DNA of 59,722 nucleotides from a virus (taxonomy: Duplodnaviria > Heunggongvirae > Uroviricota > Caudoviricetes). Below the pieces are notes generated by a model that saw only the letters and a list, made by a program, of their open reading frames with translations, made no database searches and was not told the origin of the DNA. Positions 57,733 to 59,722 of the stretch are shown here, piece after piece (position 1 is the first letter of the stretch; each line of letters opens with the position of its first letter). The stretch is from positions 1 through 59,722 of IMG/VR virus record IMGVR_UViG_3300044557_000151; one strand, 5' to 3'. The position numbers and the translations under genes are program-made.

Positions 57733-57978
57733 ATGAATACAACAGTTATTGAAAAGTCAGTCGCAGTTACTAAATTCAGTCGAAAGGCGTTTAAAGAACG
57801 TTTTGGTGGTGAGTATGACGATAACGAATGGTTTGCCACTTCTGATCTTGAAGAAATTTTCTACATGGATGGCGACTTGGAAACCGTAATGCAGGAATTG
57901 GTCGATGAGGGACGTAACAGTTACGACTACATGATCGGGTTGGTAGATGGCGCGACGTATTTCGCAAGTCGCTTGTAG
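57733..57978 (+). CDS. Hypothetical acidic early protein
   Basis: 81 aa, SD AGGAGG. Confidence 0.72.
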   Translation: MNTTVIEKSVAVTKFSRKAFKERFGGEYDDNEWFATSDLEEIFYMDGDLETVMQELVDEGRNSYDYMIGLVDGATYFASRL

Positions 57979-58007
57979 AAGAAGAATTTTAGCAGGAGGG
58001 TATAGAA

Positions 58008-58226
58008 ATGAAGAAATTTTCAAAGGTAGTACTATTATTAATCGTTTTGGTAGTAATTGTTGGAACTTTCCACTTTCAAATTGGCAATGCAATTCAACAA
58101 TGTGGTGGTTGGATATATTGGCACGCAGGAATGCACAAAACTGGTTCAATGATAATCGCAAGTGGTGTTTCACTTATGGATTTTGAAAATATGATTACGC
58201 CGGTTGCAGAATTGGTATTCAAATAA
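58008..58226 (+). CDS. Small membrane/exported protein
   Basis: 72 aa with N-terminal hydrophobic helix VVLLLIVLVVIVG, SD GGAGG. Confidence 0.6.
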   Translation: MKKFSKVVLLLIVLVVIVGTFHFQIGNAIQQCGGWIYWHAGMHKTGSMIIASGVSLMDFENMITPVAELVFK

Positions 58227-58238
58227 GGAGGGTATACC

Positions 58239-58508
58239 ATGTTTCCATTTAACGAAGATGTAAATGTTGCGCTTGGTAAAGAATTTTTGAATGAGGAGAA
58301 CGCTGATGCGTTTAACGTGGAGTTTTACGAACAGATTAATCGGCAATTTGATGCAGTTGATTTTGTCGATAACTGGGGCGGAAGCGTCAAAGTTGAAGTG
58401 TGGGGAGAACTTATCCCTGTCACGTTTAGTGTGGAACGTGAAGATGACCCCGACGGCGTATACAACTTTAGTGACATTATCGTCAGCCTTGATCTGGTTG
58501 CGGCATAA
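58239..58508 (+). CDS. Hypothetical acidic early protein
   Basis: 89 aa, SD AAGGAGG. Confidence 0.72.
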   Translation: MFPFNEDVNVALGKEFLNEENADAFNVEFYEQINRQFDAVDFVDNWGGSVKVEVWGELIPVTFSVEREDDPDGVYNFSDIIVSLDLVAA

Positions 58509-58537
58509 AAAATAATTTTTAACAGGAGGATATTATT

Positions 58538-58720
58538 ATGTTTAATATTGGAGACATTGTAACAATTCATGACGTGGAGCAACAATTTGATGGCTTAAAC
58601 GCCCGTGTGATCGACTATGACCGTGATATGGAACGAACACAGGTAGATATTTTCGATCCAATGTATGAGAGCGATGATTCAACCACAGAATTTAACGACG
58701 ACGAACTGGAGTTGGCATAA
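58538..58720 (+). CDS. Hypothetical acidic protein, possible KOW/SH3-like fold
   Basis: 60 aa, SD GGAGG. The start FNIGDIVTI...G..ARVI is KOW-like. Confidence 0.6.
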   Translation: MFNIGDIVTIHDVEQQFDGLNARVIDYDRDMERTQVDIFDPMYESDDSTTEFNDDELELA

Positions 58721-58722
58721 TT

Positions 58723-58926
58723 ATGAAACAAACAACAAAGAAATTTCGGTTAGCAACTTTTGAGGAAGCGGCGCGGGAGGCAGAGGCTACAATTCAACTA
58801 ATTCAGGATAGTACATATTCTGATAATACCAATCTAGAAATTAACCCGTACCGTCAGCAGGCCGAAGATGCCTTACTTATTGCTTGGCACGCACTTGAGA
58901 ATGCGGCGCAGTACGAAAAGCACTAG
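58723..58926 (+). CDS. Hypothetical protein
   Basis: 67 aa, coupled to the preceding stop. Confidence 0.55.
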   Translation: MKQTTKKFRLATFEEAAREAEATIQLIQDSTYSDNTNLEINPYRQQAEDALLIAWHALENAAQYEKH

Positions 58927-58976
58927 ATAAAATCAGGCTTTCAACAAATTAAAGAATTTTTTCGTTCATTGACAGT

Positions 58977-59005
58977 TGAACAATTGTACAGCATATTGTA
59001 CAATA
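58977..59005 (+). promoter_or_regulatory. TA operon promoter with TGTACA operator pair
   Basis: TTGAAC-17 nt-TACAAT, with TGTACA at 58985 and 58997 (12-bp spacing, as in yefM-yoeB operators). Confidence 0.75.
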
Positions 59006-59028
59006 TATCTGAAAGGGTGGTGATTGCT

Positions 59029-59298
59029 ATGGATGCAGTCAGTTATAGTAACTTTCGGCAGAACCTTAAAAGTTACATGCAGCGATTGAAAGATGATGCA
59101 GACACTGTAATCGTTACAGCAAAAGACCCAGAAGACAATATGGTTATCATGAACCAACGTGATTATGATTCGATGCAGGAAACCATGCGGATCATGAGCA
59201 ATCCATATCTAGTTGATAAGATTCGTCGTGGGCAGAAAGAATTTGAAGCTGGTAAAGGAACCATTCATGATCTAGTCGAGGTTCCAGAAGATGATTAG
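59029..59298 (+). CDS. yefM: YefM/Phd-family antitoxin
   Basis: MDAVSYSNFRQNLKSYM...VIVT...NMVIM...DYDSMQETM..MSNP; ATG 59029. Confidence 0.92.
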   Translation: MDAVSYSNFRQNLKSYMQRLKDDADTVIVTAKDPEDNMVIMNQRDYDSMQETMRIMSNPYLVDKIRRGQKEFEAGKGTIHDLVEVPEDD

Positions 59299-59566
59299 GT
59301 CATGGACGGAAGACGCCTGGTCGGATTATGAAGACTGGATTGCACTTCGCAGATGGAAGACAGTCAAAAGAATTAATAAGCTGATCGACGATATTAACCG
59401 AACCCCGTTTGAGGGTCTGGGAAAGCCAGAGCCACTGAAACATGAATTTGCGGGTTTGTGGTCACGGCGTATCACAAAAGAGCATCGCCTGATCTATGAC
59501 GTGGCGAGCATAAACAAGAAACAAACAATTCGGCTATATTCGTGTCGAGATCATTATGAATCGTAG
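59291..59566 (+). CDS. yoeB: YoeB/Txe-family mRNA interferase toxin
   Basis: WTEDAW.DY..W...KRINKLI.DI.R.PFEGLGKPEPLKHE.AGLWSRRITKEHRLIY; overlaps the antitoxin stop. Confidence 0.93.
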   Translation: MIRSWTEDAWSDYEDWIALRRWKTVKRINKLIDDINRTPFEGLGKPEPLKHEFAGLWSRRITKEHRLIYDVASINKKQTIRLYSCRDHYES

Positions 59567-59626
59567 TTGGAGCGGGCAGAATTTTTCTACCCGTTTTATT
59601 GTGGAGAAATTTTGGAGGGCGTGGTT

Positions 59627-59722
59627 ATGAAAAAGATTGAATTTAAACTTACTGGAATGTACGCATGGGGCGTTAACGAATACTCACTATTCGTTGATGG
59701 TGTATTTGTTAAAAGCTGGACA
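59627..59722 (+). CDS. Partial hypothetical ORF (runs off the window)
   Basis: ATG after GGAGG; MKKIEFKLTGMYAWGVNEY... stays open to the window end. Confidence 0.5.
   Translation, partial: MKKIEFKLTGMYAWGVNEYSLFVDGVFVKSWT

Overview
This window is about 60 kb of a large SPbeta-like (siphovirus-type) bacteriophage genome that also carries plasmid maintenance functions, so it is probably a phage-plasmid. The host is likely a Lactobacillales species; this is inferred from protein-family resemblance only. (1) Bases 41-42318 (minus strand) are the late region: tape measure, tyrosine recombinase, two holins, a 3048-aa modular tail fibre with an apparently exact 1302-bp tandem duplication, tail tube, head-tail, capsid, protease, portal and terminase genes, HU, and two HTH proteins. 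The large terminase gene is split at its Walker A motif by a 1067-nt group I intron with a LAGLIDADG endonuclease in the P1 loop. (2) Bases 42.3-49.7 kb are a replication/partition hub: a loopless 46-bp perfect palindrome, a UvrD-type helicase, an actin-like ParM-type ATPase with two RHH-like partners and centromere-like repeats, a RepA_N-type initiator with a probable counter-transcribed antisense RNA, DnaA boxes, and an AT-rich repeat zone. (3) Bases 49.7-59.7 kb (plus strand) are an early/leading region: tandem promoters, about 850 nt of hairpin-dense non-coding sequence, about 24 small mostly unknown ORFs, and a YefM-YoeB pair. The most unusual signal is a layer of RNA-level punctuation in this early region: three miniature tRNA-like elements, six related intergenic hairpins (three with GAAA loops), and a strand-specific AAGAA(A/T)TTT motif about 19 times, all downstream of a possible large structured RNA. 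All annotations come from manual reading and motif recognition; no searches or folding programs were run.
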